Below, one piece after another: positions 1 to 14,300 of a stretch of DNA of 64,000 nucleotides. A model generated the notes under the pieces. The model made no database searches and was not told the origin of the DNA. It saw nothing but the letters and a program-made list of their open reading frames with translations. The DNA comes from Phoronis australis (taxonomy: Eukaryota > Animalia > Phoronida), in the NCBI GenBank assembly GCA_002633005.1, contig NMRA01000170.1:565007-629006 (forward strand). Reading direction: 5' to 3'. A program made the translations under genes and the position numbers. Position 1 is the first letter of the stretch; each line of letters begins with the position of its first letter.

Positions 1-15
1 TCTCTCTTTCTCCAG

Positions 16-1105
16 GGAACAGCTGCATTTTGGCATAACCTGTACAAGAATGGGCAGGGGAACTTTGATACCCGCCACGGGGCCTGTCCTGTTTTGACAG
101 GATCTAAATGGAGTGAGTGCTGGTGGCTATACTCTATTAAGTTTCATAAATATACGTGTTTGGATCGCTCTGTACTCACAAAGTTTATCTTTATTTTGAG
201 CTATTTTTGACTAATGTCATTTTCTAATAATAAAATGTCAAAAAACTGAGCCATTATTTCAAGGAAAGAAGTCGTGACTTATATCAACTTAGGGCGTTGC
301 ATAAAAAGATGCCCACTTATGTGTAGTGATATTTAAAACACAATGTAGCGTTCACTCTCTTTGTATATTGAAGCACAAAACTGACCTAGTAATGAAAATA
401 AAACAACATATGAAAGGGCAATCAATGTTTTCACCCGTCTACAACTGTAGAAAAATTTTTAAGAACATTGTTGAGTCCTTATTTGAGACTACTGTTTCAT
501 GTGACCTGGCGATGGAGCCTTTGCTGAATGTCTGGAATATGTGGTCATTTTACATGACTTACTTTTTTCCCTGAAGTGAAAATTTATGCCAATGTGCCAT
601 ACACTTGGTATTTCGGAATAAACATCTCCGTTGACCATTGTATTCATTATTTGACTAAGATTTGTTCTTCATGTCTGGAGCCTGTTCCACAAAAATATCG
701 TAGCTTAGCAATGTTTTATTCAGAGTTCAAAGTGAAACTTGTGCAAAAACCAGTGACTACTCACAGGTCTTTGCTTGGGCTCATGACCGCTATAGTGAAA
801 CATGCCTTCCTGGATATAAAACATGTTTAGAAAACTCAACTTTTCTCTCAGAAGTTCTTTGTTTTTAAAAACTCAAAACAAAGCAAAACACCGGTAAATC
901 TATGTCAAAACACAACAGTCGCGTGAACAGTGACTCCATGATGGAGTGCTTTCAGGCAAAATTTCTTGCGGGTAATTGGGGGCTGAGCAAACGCCATTCA
1001 ATGATTTAATAATTGCTTTTTTGTGCCGTTTCAGTATCCAACAGGTGGATTCATGAGCGAGGCCAAGAGTTTACATATCCATGTTCGCTGAACCAGAATG
1101 AATAA
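16..1105 (+). CDS. P4HA: Prolyl 4-hydroxylase alpha subunit, last two coding exons (16-112, 1035-1105); the gene starts left of the window
   Basis: tccAG|GTAAFWHNLYKNGQGNFDTRHGACPVLTGSKW|GTGAGT (phase 1) joins ttcAG|ISNRWIHERGQEFTYPCSLNQNE*. This matches the P4H-alpha C-terminal motif TRH(A/G)ACPVLxGxKW...WIHERGQEF, including the Fe-binding His and 2-oxoglutarate-binding Lys. Both exons are absent from the ORF track. Confidence 0.95.
140..510. mobile_element. Degraded copy of MITE family A (in the last P4HA intron)
   Basis: Shares internal blocks (tttgactaatg, aaaaactgagcc, gggcgttgcat..aagat) and the right end (gagtcc.tattt..gact..tgtttcatg....tggc) with 10736-11172 and 58645-59269. Confidence 0.7.
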
Positions 1106-2525
1106 TGCAAAACTTTTAAACATACAACTCGGAAGTAGGGCTACTTTTTGTTTCAATAGACGAGCTGTGAATGTAATTTTATTAAAATATTGAACTACGG
1201 GTAGTCAGTTTTGAAAATGACTCAAACAAATGCGAATTTCTATTCTACTTAAAGTGCTTAAAACCACCATATACCTTGTTTTGGCAAGTGACTGGTAGAT
1301 TGTCAGCATTACTGCATATCACAACCATGTATTCATTATCCAAAAACAAGAAAAAAAAGATATTGAAGGTGTGCTCCATGTACCTGGTTGTGACTATGAA
1401 CTTACTCAGCGCCATTGTGTCAGGTCCACCAAAACGCAAGTTTCTGGGTCAAACTTCTACCATATCTTTGCTTCTCTGATGTCTCGTGGAAAAATGAAGA
1501 TCCAGAGGGTGTGTAAATACCGAGTTTAATTACCACCATGAACACAATTCGCTATTCCTTATTCCATAAGGCACTCAATATCAGAGGACTTTTCACACTA
1601 AACACAATGGAGGATGACTAGTGCTGTGATTGGTTGTCCCGATTGTTCGTAGTATGTATCGACCAATAAATGCTCCTAAATGGAGTTCAGCTAATTAGCA
1701 TATTGTCAGGTGATGTTTGCAGTGTTCTGATTTGACAGTCCACTTGTATGGTTCTTTTTGATGTTTTTGATATGGAATTGATGGTTTTAAGCACTGTAAA
1801 AAATGAAAGTGTGACAAATCGAAGCAGCAGTCATGTCTTGCGTTGCCTTAAATGAACTTCTGGTTGAAAAGTGTCTTGTGAGTTGGGGCAAGATTACACT
1901 GGCGTTATGCGCCATGTTAATGTTTTGCTGGTAAGTTGCTGATCTTCAAGTTAAGATTCAAATATGGATTTTTGTAATGGTAATTGGTGATGTTATTTCC
2001 GTAGCATAATCTAAGATATTTTGGTCTGCATATTATTTCTCAAATGACTTCGGTATATTTAATGCATGTTCGGAGCTCATGCTACTTCCTATTTCCTGTG
2101 GAACTGCACCACATGAGAAACACCCAGTCTAAGATAAGGGCAAAGCAAGGTCTAACCGCTTGCACCTATAAGCGAAGCTTTGAGCATGTATCTAAATATG
2201 GACATATATTTTAGGGTATTTAGGTTATAACTCTTCTTGGCCTATTACCTCTCTGCATTATTGTTGCTAATGTCAGAAGTGAATAGCAACACTTTTGTTT
2301 CATCCTGTAATTGTTATGTCATGTCACCAACTGTTGCGGGGTATGTTCTATCTGGCATTAAAGGTGTAGATCGTGGATTGTGTTGGTAATTATTTTGTAA
2401 TGTTTCGAGCATTCTATATGTCGTCATATTCTGGTAGAAATCCCATTCAGATACCTAGAAACGATGTTTAGAAGTAAAAAAGTAAATATGCGTTTCTTTA
2501 ACATGAGCACGAAATGCGCAGGCCA

Positions 2526-2531
2526 TTTATT
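2526..2531 (-). terminator. Candidate polyadenylation signal of the Pif-like gene
   Basis: AATAAA on the minus strand ~113 nt after the TAG at 2644. Confidence 0.45.
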
Positions 2532-2643
2532 TCGCTCAAAGCGTGACGTTTGTTGTATGTGGCTGATACAAGCATTAATTTTTCTCAATCTTGACTTCCT
2601 CACGTTACACATACATCGCTTCACAAAGTATGAATCTTGGCGT

Positions 2644-5600
2644 CTATGGGACGAGCTTCTTCCCGTAGTTGTACAACTTTCCAACTTCAGCTGGCGTCAA
2701 AGAACAACTGTAAATGTGGATCTGAAATTTAAAAAAATCAGACGTTTGCATTCAGTCGGTTGTTGGCTTACAAGTAAATCAATGTTTTTTTATCTAAAAC
2801 CGAGATTTGTGAGACCTCATTATGCCTTTAAAGGCAGTTACATCTCATATTTTCTTAAAATAAGAATAGTTTTACTACTCTGGTACCAGCGGTGTATGTA
2901 CAGATCTATTACCTTAATTGGGGCGCTGAAAATAAATAATCTAAATCCCACTTATAATATACCACTGTTACCAACGAATACGAGTTCATGTGCATGAAGT
3001 GAACGCATTGGACGTTATTGCGGCTATACGTGCCTCCGGAATTTTGATGACGTCAATGTCCACTCTGTTTTGGCGAATACAAAAAAGCATTCAAATACTA
3101 ACAGCATTATCCACAAGCTTAATTTTAACGCTATCTAGAACTAGCCACCTTTTTTTCTAACCCAATGCGTGATGCTCGATACGAAGTTCATGAATAAATG
3201 GATTCTCCTCTTCAGGGAAGGTAGGAAACCGAATTCAACACTTCTCGAAATTACCGACAGTCTTTTGGTGGAGAAGCAAACAACTGTATGTTGTGCATCC
3301 ATTGATATTTTTCCTGTGTGTCAGTTCTGAGCACTCAGCAAAATATTCGATTGCAGAATGCAAAATAGCGTGAGTAGCTCGATATGCTACAGGGATAATA
3401 AGGACACCAGTAAACTACATCATTCAGAATAACTAGGGTATTTTAGTGACTTCAAACTTCTCCTCAGAACTGAACGTGGTTTGCGCATGTGGAATTGTCA
3501 GTCATACAGCCAATCATTCTTCAGTGTGAAACTCGACTTGCCACACTGAGTGAACTCCGCTCATACGAATAGAACCGCATTAAAGGACATATTTGATTCT
3601 ACAAAATACTCTAGGTGTTCCGTATGAAAACAACTATGATTAGTAAGTGAATGAGGATGTGCCGAATTGCGGATAAATACCGAAAATATCATGCAACTGA
3701 GACCATCTCCTCGAGACTTCGAGGTGAATCACTAGATTTATTCTAACTTAATTAGCCTACTTACGTCGAACATATATCCTGAGAATCCTCCCTTTCCACA
3801 AAAGTTGTATCCGAACGAGAATGGGGCATGTTTTCGAAGATCAGGCGGCACGGCCTTGCACATTAGACTTTTGCCGGCTCCGTTCACGTACAAGGTCATT
3901 GTCTCGCCATCGTATGTCAAAACCACCTGATACCATTTTCCAGCTTCAATCTAAAATCGTCATGAGTAATTTTTGCTTACGTGAAACCATTCAAATGAGA
4001 ACAAATGCTGGGTGAATTTTTGCTGGTCAGACAAGTTATTTAAAAGGATATCAAACTCGGTTTTGGTCTACTAAAAGATATTAAAAACGACTTTCCCATC
4101 CTATTCCCTGAAAAATAATGCTCTTTAACCCTCGAAAACCCTTAAAAGCTTGGAGGGAACTTTTAAAACTCCTTTCGAAGTCTGCTAAACGGGCAAGTGT
4201 GGCCTACACCTTTAGTGAATTACAAAGCAACTGTGGAGAAAGACCATCCACCAAGAATCATAATATCCAATCTGTGACATGGAGAGTACACGTTTTTAGT
4301 TGATTCCTGCTTTTAACTTGGAAGATTGGTGCCAATGACGTATTAGCAGGTAACAGAACAAGGATAGACTGAAACCATCAAAACAGGTTTCACAATCCAT
4401 TAAATACGTAAACGATTTCCTGGTAGTTTTCAAATCTGCATTTCGTGTGTGCGCTTGGGCGACAAAAACGAATGCTCTATACGGGAAATGTAGATGAGTG
4501 CCAATTATGTAACATTGAACGGAACACCATTGCGTTTCAAAGAGTAGCGTCTTTACCACTTACCGGTATAGAAACTTTGGTGTTCATGCCACAGACAGCC
4601 GCGTTGACGGACTTGTTGTCGTACCATATATTAACTGTACCGTCTCCTGCAAAGAAGACAAATAAACCCTGTGTTATTGAATTCAATTTTCACACTTAGC
4701 ATCGACTTTAGCGATGGAAATGTCCGACTATCAAGCTGTATGTGTTGCTATAGTTTTAAAACATCATGGTGACTAATTTTGGAAGTGGGCAGATTTTAAT
4801 GACAGTTCATTTCGAGACTAAACTCTTGTACGAAACATTGACACCAGCAACTGGCGTGACAAACAAAAATAAGATTTATGTGATTCTATATTTTCTGAAT
4901 CTCTAGCAGTTTGAGCTGAGTATTGGCCACGAGAGACCACGAACTGCGACATTTTCTAGAAGATGTGCAAAGTACTCTCAGAACGCCACTGCATAACGTG
5001 CACTTGTGTTAGCCTTCTGCTAACACATTTTTGACATTCCGTATGTTTATTGGGGTATCCTAGCAAAGTTTTAGCAACACGCGAGAGCGTCAATTCACGC
5101 TCATTAGATACAACATTCTTTATTTTCCTAGTTACCTTATTGTGCAGATATACAAACGCAAGCCAGTGCAATGGATGTCCCACGATTGCAATTTCACGCA
5201 CAACGTCTCAACCAAAAGACCAACCAAAACAAAATCTTTATTGAGTAACAAAGCCGCGAAAAGAGAATATCAAGAAAAATTTTAATCGTTCATCTAGAAT
5301 TCAGCGTAAGAATGATACGATTAATTGAAAAGTGTGTTTCCCCAGATACAAATGAAGTTCCAAGTGTCAGCCAATCAAAAGTGGCCAAGACGTTTATTGT
5401 TCAAAAAGAAGAAACAATTTCACCGATTGGTCGTTCGTCGTGAACGGTCACAGCGAAGGTAAGAAATCCAAACTTCAAAGTTTACCTCTGTATCATATTA
5501 AGCCGGCTCGAAAAAAATATTTTCTGTTAGAAAAGACGTCAAGGAATGAATTTTTCAGGAAATCCGTATTTCTGTATTTTTGTATGTAGTATTGTACAAG

Positions 5601-8600
5601 ATAACGCGTAATTGCGTCGCCGCAAGAAAATGGCAAACGGGTGGACGTAGCACCAGCTTTGAAAATACGCTAGTACCTGCAGTGGTAGAAATGTGTGTTT
5701 GCTGCGGGTGAGAGCATAATGAATAGAGCACCAATGTAAGCAGGTGTAGTTCGTAGCATTTTGACTTTAAGACAGAGGATGAGTTTCGTCAGACAAAATA
5801 TATCACTTAAATATGAACATGTGAAACTTCCAGTCCTATTTGTGTTTGCCTTATTTTAATTTTACTTCTAACTTTTTTAAAGTCGGTGGGGTTTCCGCGG
5901 AATCCTCATTGCCTATGGCGGTAGTTGAGTGAGTACCCATAATGCATGAGTCAGCTGTCACTCAATTTGACAGCCATTTCAGGTGGTGGTGGAACAACAA
6001 AAATAAAAATAACGTAGAAAATCAAATTCAGTAAAGTTTCAGAATACTTGGAGTTGTGTTGAATAATCATTATAAGGGTTTAAGTTTTTCATGAGTAACG
6101 TGCGTTAAAACGCCGTCTTATGAAGTTTTTAACCAATATGAAGTAGACAGAGTACCTTTACTAAGGCCTTTCGCGGTGACGTAGACGAACGTCAGGTAAT
6201 AAGCCTAACCGTTAATTACTTTTGGCAATTTACGAGGGACGCTATTGACATTTTTAGTGTGTGAACGTTCAAGATTGGCTTTAGACTGAAACAGCATTCT
6301 GAGTAGCCATATACATTCTGCTCTCCAGGCATCTTTCAACTTTCTTATAGTAACACATCAAAGATACACGTCTGACCTGTGCAATCGCCATTGGACACAA
6401 TTCCCGAAAACAAGTTGGCTCTACTGGGATCTAGTTTGAACCAAACGCTTATGGTGAACCCGCTTGAGAAGTCGTAGTTGTTGAATCTGGGTATTTCGAG
6501 TGTATCGGTTATCTTCGCTTCAAACTTAGCGGCATGGACAGCCGAGTCAATGTAAACCGTCCCGGGATTGATGTAGTTGTTTTTCTCATCTCGAAAGTCG
6601 CTCATCAACTTAGCGTGAAGCAAAAGACATCCTAAAATTGAGAATATATTTTTCATGAGCTTTGTAGTTGACAAGATTATTGAAAAGACCTAGACAGTGT
6701 AGATTCAGGTATTTAAAAGCAACAGATAACGTAATTCGTTCTTTAGGTCGTTTAGCTTGCACGATCAGACATCATTGGTCTTCGGCTTGAAATGCCCTGA
6801 TGGTTTGCGTAATGTCTCTTTCTAGGTCAGAACGTATCCTTACTAAGAATGAAATATGCTGTTTTTTCTTACTGTGGTCAGGTCTAGCTGTTGTTGTCGT
6901 GGTCTTGGGTGTGGTGACCGCTGGTGTCGTTTTGCTGGCGCACGTGCACGTGGTGAGGTCAAAGGTATCAGGCGCGCAAGAATATGAAGCAATTCTTTTT
7001 CCGTTGGGGGCGAGGAGATAGTATACGCTGGGGTTATTAGGATCCTGCTCGTAAGTTAAACCGTAGCGTTTACAGGTTGCTGTAATATAAAATAGATTAG
7101 ATACAATATCTATGATATGTACAATATAGATTCTTTGTTACTACTTAAACGGAGGACAACATGCACCCCAAGAAAATAAATGGATAGTTCACTTTCATAT
7201 AATATTTTCTGTAAGGTCTCCGTGAAAATTGGAAGCAACCCTTCATTAACGCAAACGTGGTTAAAAACACGATTGCACTTCACAGTCTGTACAATTTCCG
7301 ATCTCTCGGTGTGCCGTTGTAAATCAAATTGTCAACAGACATAACAAACTAAAAATAAACACTGGGATGATTCTATGGTGAAGTTTGACAATGCAAAAAC
7401 GGACTCAATTTTATCAATATTGAACCAATTTAACGATTTCCATTACAAGTTGAATATTTATATTCGGACATTTGGACTTCCTCGAAGTTATCTAAAGATT
7501 TTGAAAATAAACAAAAAAGTAAGCAAGGAATGCACGTTGCCATTTCTCCGTAGTCCTACAAAATGATGTGAAAAACGTCAAGCTTTCAGAGTAACAGCTG
7601 ATTGCGAAATTTGTAATCAAACAAGAATTTGTTTTAATGCCGAAGGATAAACTCTTTTTACTGAGTATCTGGAAGTGAAAATGTGGAAATCAGACAACGC
7701 TGATAATTTCAGTACAAGAAAAAATGGCGATAACCCAGAATGGTAATCTAATTTATTGTAGCATGTCTGTTGTTACAGTTTGCTAGCAGGATAATCATGC
7801 TTGTGATTTTCGTTTGTTAAGGTATTGTACAACTTACGCCCCAATGGCTGCCGAGTGGTAGTAGTGGATGGAGTTGTCGTCTTGCGCGTGGTGAGTGTTG
7901 GTGTCGTTGTCTTGAGCGTGGTGACTGTTGGCGTCGTTGTCTTGCGCGTGGTGACTGTTGGTGTCGTTTTCACAGGGCAACTACACGTGACGAGGTTAAA
8001 GATATCGGGAGCGCATGAGTATGTGATATGCCTGTTTCCACCGACGAGTAAATAGTATGTGCTTAGGTTGACAGGGTCCCGTTCGTAATACCAGCCACTG
8101 GAGTGCCTACACGTTGCTGAAATGATTCGTACATGTTAATTGTTCAAAAGACTTGCTTGATTTTTCCAACGGCGTAAATGATAAATGAACCGTTTCAAAT
8201 GTGAGATGTGGTCTAGTTCGTAATTTAAACCATAAGTTTACTTCACAACTAAAATGTAAACAGTAAAATGAAATGCATGCTTGAAAAGTTGGCCGGTGTT
8301 TCAAAACAGTACCAAATACTAGACATTACAAATATCATCATAATATACACACTATACTACCCTGACGAAGGGCCCTGGACGGGCTCGAAAGCAAAGTCTG
8401 CAAACACAAACAGGTCTCCGATAAGTAGCTACCATGTCAACTATACTATGTACCAGCGCCAGCTATGAAGTTTCATTATGTCAAGTTTCAAGCTATTTCT
8501 GTCAGACGAGAGAAGAATGTAAAGAAACTCAGCCGGCTATCTACCTGAGCGAGTTCAGCATTTCTAGATATGTTTAACTTAAGTCAACTCCTCACGGGTG

Positions 8601-11338
8601 TCTTCCTTTTCTTTCCAAATAATTACTCTGGAGAGATTGCACTTCCAATGTGCTTCCAGTCTTCGCGTCTTTTTTCACAAACTTTTGGGTAACAGCCCTA
8701 CACTTTTAACCCGTCGGCTTTGAGCAGCTCTACGCTGCCATCCACTGAACGCATCCTTAATATATATTTAACTTTCAATTGTATTCTATAGCAATGATTA
8801 ACTTACGCCCCGAAGGTGTTCGAGTCGTGGTGGATGATGGTGTTGTCGTCTTGTACGTGGTGGTTGATGGTGTCGTTGTCTTGCGCGTGGTGACTGTTGG
8901 TGTCGTTGTCTTGCGCGTGGTGACTGTTGGTGTCGTTTTTACAGGGCAACTACACGTGACCAGGTTAAAGATATAGGGAGCGCATGAGTATGTGATATGC
9001 CTGTTTCCACCGACGAGTAAATAGTATGTACTGGGGTTGACAGGGTCCCGTTCGTAATACCAGCCACTGTAGTGCCTACACGTAGCTGTAATGATGCGTA
9101 CATATATATTGTTTAAAGGACTTACTTGATTTTTCCAACGGCGTAAATGGTAAATGAACCGTTTCAAATGTGAGATGTGGTCTAATATGTATTTTAAAAC
9201 ATAAGTTTACTGTACAGCTAAAATGTAATCAGTAAAATGTAATGCATGCTTGAAAATTTAGCCGGTGTTTCAAAGCAGTACCAAATACTAGATATTATAA
9301 ATATCATCTTAATATACACACTATAATTTCCTGACGAAGGGCATTGGACGGGTTCGAAAGCAAAGTCTGCAAACAAAAACAGGTCTCCGATAAGTAGCTA
9401 CCGTGACTGTCCTCTTTGCTATGTAACGGCGCCAGCTATGAAGTTTCATTCTGTTAAATTTCAACTATTTCTGGCAAACGAGATAACAATGCAAAGAAAC
9501 TCAGCCGGCTATCTACCTGAGCGAGTTCAGCATTTCTAGAAATGTTTAACTTAAGTCATCTCACACGGCTGTTTACCTTTTGTTTCCAAATTCTTGTTCT
9601 AGAGAGATTGCACTTCCAATGTGCTTCTATTCTTCGCACCTTTTTACACAAACTCTTGGGTAACAGCCCCACACTTTTTACCTACCGGCTTTGAGCAGCT
9701 CTTCACGGCCATTCACTGAACGCATCCTAATATATATTTAACTTTCAATTGTTTTCTATAGCAATGATTAACTTACGCCCCGAAGGTGTTCGAGTCGTGG
9801 TGGATGATGGTGTTGTCGTCTTGTATGTGGTGGTTGATGGTGTCGTTGTCTTACGCGTGGTGACTGTTGGTGTCGTTGTCTTGCGCGTGGTGACTGTTGA
9901 TGTCGTTTTCACTGGGCAACTACACGTGACCAGGTTAAAGATATCGGGAGCGCATGAGAATGTGCTATGCCTGTTTCCACCGACGAGTAAATAGTATGTG
10001 CTTTGGTTGACAGGGTCCCGTTCGTAATACCAGCCACTGGAGTGCCTACACGTCGCTGAAACGATGCACATGTTGTTTAATAGCTGACTTGATTTTTGCA
10101 ACGCCGTAAATGGTACAACAGCTGTTACCTATGAATGATCGGGCGTAGTTCATACTTTCAACTATAGGTGTAGTCCACAAGTTATGTAGTAAACAGTAAA
10201 ACGTGACACGTGCTTGAAAGCTAGCCTGTGTTTTAAAATAGTGCAAACAAATTAGCGACCATAGGCAGTTCCAAATACTAAATATTCTAAATAAGTCGCT
10301 ATAATACTCAGATAAAAACCATTGTCTTGTGTTTTATTGTTAGACCTGTTAGTCTGTGGGTCGATGGCCTTGGGCATGAAATGGTCATTTGTTGTAAAAA
10401 TGAAACATACAACTCATTCAAAAAGGTGTTTGTTAACATTAGTTAAGTTACTTAATGAATTTTGTGTTCGTTAATTTTAAAAAGAAACAGATCATAAGTC
10501 GGTTGTTCAATGTTGATGATCGTTCTGCACAGACAAAATGATATTACTTCTAGTAGAAGACGGGTCTCCGTGAAGCTCGTTTCTAACAAGTTGGTGTGCA
10601 TTCTGTAGGCCTAAAAATTTCGCGAATAAAGCTGGTGCTATCACGTGCTTCGATAGTATTGCATAGCTATATCTCGCGAAGTGTCACATGGACTTTCGTT
10701 TTGCCGAGTTTCTTACGTCTATGCAACGCAGAGCCCAGTGCCCGATTGCATGAAACAGTCCCAAACAGGGACTCAACTAAGTTCCCTAAATCTTTTTCGT
10801 ATTTGTTTCGTTCTTTAGGCACAGATGTAATATTTTTTCTATAATTGTGTCTTAGTTATGAGCTCTTATTTGACTAATGGAATTTTCTAATAATATAACT
10901 AAAAACTGAGCCCTTAATTCGATCAAAATAGTTAGGAACTTAGTCCTTAAATTGGGGGCGTTGCATGAAAAGATCCCTACTTATTTTCAATAATATTGAG
11001 AATTCAATCTAGAGTTCACTCTCGATTTTATCAAAGCCAAAAATTGGCATAGTAATGATACTCAAACTGCCTAAGATAGGACAATCAGTGTTTTCACAAA
11101 CCCGCAAATACGCAGTGGACTTAGGGAACTTAGCTGAGTCCCTATTTGGGACTGTTTCATGCAACCAGGCACAGGTCACTTGTCCACTTGTGATCTTGAA
11201 GTGGCAATCTTTTATTGTTTGTCACCTTAATTTTGACTGATAAACGACAGGTTTTTTTGTAAAATAATGAACCTTAGTCTCTAACAGAGCTTAGGTCTGC
11301 AGCACTTCTGATCATAAAATTAATAAATCTCTGGGCTT

Positions 11339-11389
<51 letters not shown>

Positions 11390-14300
11390 CTTTATTTATA
11401 GAGGATAAAAATACAATAAATGTAAAACATGCTTTAACCAAAGGCTAATATTCAGCATGGTCCTCAATAAAAGTTTTACGGTATTTATATACAACATTTC
11501 TCTAATGCGACAACGTTACTTACGCCCTGAAGGTTTCCGAGTTGTAGATGGAATGGTTGTCGTGACGACCTTGTCGCAGTAGTCGTTACATGCGGGGTTG
11601 GGTTCGCAGGCGAGTGTGTTGGGGTTGAAATAGTTGTTAGGTCGTTTACAACATTCCGTCGTATAGCCATCGTTCGTGCACTGGTAGTAGTGGGAGCAAT
11701 AACGAGGGTCGGGATACGGCTCTCGGTTAGCTAATAAAAATGTTGAATGTTGAAAACTACATAAGGCAAGTATCGAATGTACAGTGCTCGTACACTAATG
11801 TTGTTTTATTCACTTCGCTTAGTATGGAAGGGGAGTAGGCCTATAGAAATGAAGATAAGCTTAGAGTCTAACACTGCGTGATAACTATTCAAGTATCTGC
11901 TGTGAAATAACTACAGTGTTCTTAGTAAAAACAGCCGACTTTGAACGGTAGTTATTTCACATGTGAAACACCGAAAAATAACTCGCCTGTATTTAACCAC
12001 CGGATTTCACAGTAATTGCACGTCGTATCATCACGTATGTATGATAAATTATTTTTTAAAATTGGGATTGAGCTGACTCGGAGTAATCAGAGCAGACAAT
12101 ATGAGCGTTCGTTAAGCGTTATTTTTTATTTAATGTAGTACAATAAAGGCAGCTGTGCTGTTTTGGGCCATTAATTTGTGTCGTGAAGTACTTTCAAATT
12201 CATATGAAAACGGAATACATTTACATGGTTGCTGTAATTGAGTGAAGATTATGTTCAAACAAGAACAAGCGATCTTTTGTGAGTGAGATAAATGGCACAG
12301 TGAACGAAGACTAAGTGTCCATTATTTTTTTTTGAAAGGCATTAGAGGAATCATAAGAGTAATAAATAAAATGGGTTGCAGAGCATGTGGTAATGACGTC
12401 ATCACGACTGGAACGCATTATTTTCGTGAAAGTTGTACACTTTGCAACACGTCATCTCTCGTCACGTTACGACAAGTGTTGAACTATATTGTTGACGTCA
12501 TGACGACAAATTAATGAAATTTGCTAACCTGAAGTTGCATTTTGCCTTGTTAGCTAACAAAAAAACGAAATTCGAATTAGGCCATTTACTCTTATTAAAT
12601 TGGTCTCATAATATTTCTTATTGTGATAGGATTCCATTTCCGTTACCAACTCAGACCACATATAATACGCACATGCGAATTTTTTAAATTTGCAACTTAA
12701 AACTTGGCCTACTCCAATAAATTCCAAAGTGTTTTATCCATTCGCTAATTGTGTCGATGTTTTTGTCGATAACGGATGTATCAAGGTCTGGTCAGATTGT
12801 CCGCGAGCGAGCGATGCTAGCTACGCGAACTTATTGGTGTTCAGTCGGAACAACTGGATTTCTGTTTCAATGTCCACTTTATTTCCTTTCAACATGGACT
12901 GCATGCTCATTAATTTGGTAAGACAAAGGATGTTATTGTGTGACACATCGTGTGTCGATTACAAAGATATTTGTTAAATCAACAGTCCTAGGAGATATTA
13001 GTTGCAAAGTTAACATGACATGCAAGAAACTTTGGAAATGATTTCCATATTTGCGTACAATCTTTCAAACGTTGTTACACCAAGGAGTGTAATACAATAT
13101 AGTACTATAGTACCATAGTAAACTCCTTGGTTACACCTAGAACTGTCGTGTGTCGTTTATTTGGACGGCGTGCTTAGTATAATTTTGACATAACAATAAA
13201 CAATTAGCGACTCGGTTTGTAACATGAAATTGGTCGCCTGTGCACCCAACCACATTTCTTTTTCTTCGTTATTGTTTTGGCGTTCAATATGATCGCCCTC
13301 TCGTGCACGTGAGCAAGCGAGTTGCAACTCTTGCTAGGTGCCGTCTTCTAAGACAGACTGCACACACGTGGCAGTTCTTGTAACAGCCTGTGAAAGACTG
13401 GGTATGCAAATATGAAAATCAGGCAATGTTTCTTATATGTCATGACTAACAAATTTGTTTTCTTATACAAATGTCTTAGTAATCGACACATGATATGTCA
13501 TACAATAAGTTCTTTTGTCTCAGCAAATGAATGAGAATGCCGTCTATGTTTAAAGGAAGTAAACAAAACTATCCAGGTCATAGAGAACGCGAGGCGACGT
13601 CGCATGAGAAATGGAACATGTCCAATTTGAACTTTCGGTCGCGCCACGTCGCTCTCGTTGCACCGGTCGCTCGCGTGTGTGCATTTTAACGGTTATTTTC
13701 TGTGGGGACACAGAGCAAATTTACAGTAATGCAAACGCATAAATGCAAACGTAAAATACAAGGAGATGAGTATAAGAATAAAACTACATTTTAAGGAAAG
13801 AACATAAGACTAAAGACCATAAATTTATATCGGATAACAAAAACGCACGATTGCTATTCCTTGTGGTTAAACGATGTTGTTACCTGGTGTCGTGCCTTTT
13901 GGGCAGTTGGCGCTTCTTAAAGGAACGCAAGTGAGTAAATTTTGATTCCAGTATTGACACGGAGGGCAGCGCGCCCGCAATGCGTCTGCATAGTCTTTTG
14001 TGCCGGAACAAAGATAGAAATGTGAACAGCTGGTGGGATCCTCGTAGTAACCCGGACCGTTACGGACCTTTATACAATATCTACACCATTCTGAAACGTA
14101 TTTCAAGAGGTAAGCATTAGTGAACATGGACACATTTACGTTTTATCTCGTAGTAAATAAGAAACGTAAAGTTCTCAATTGAAGACAAGTTATTTGGTAA
14201 TAAGATCGGACGCCTGATTTGCCGTCTGAAGAAATAGGACGTGTGAGTTAAACACTCGTCAGACGTACGACCTGCCTACTTATCGTCCGACCGTGAGCCA

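Noticed and set aside
2464-2997. 177-aa plus-strand ORF and other unspliced 60-170 aa ORFs
   Set aside because: No recognisable motifs, and this one overlaps the last Pif-like exon in antisense. Such ORFs are consistent with chance.
5677-5701. Possible micro-exon (CAG|...|GTACTA) inside the LamG region
   Set aside because: It is 25 nt and would break the frame. Exons 6377 and 4646 already join in phase to give a continuous LamG domain.
6800-9994. Val-rich plus-strand ORFs resembling membrane proteins
   Set aside because: They are antisense shadows of the Thr-rich linkers of the minus-strand gene.
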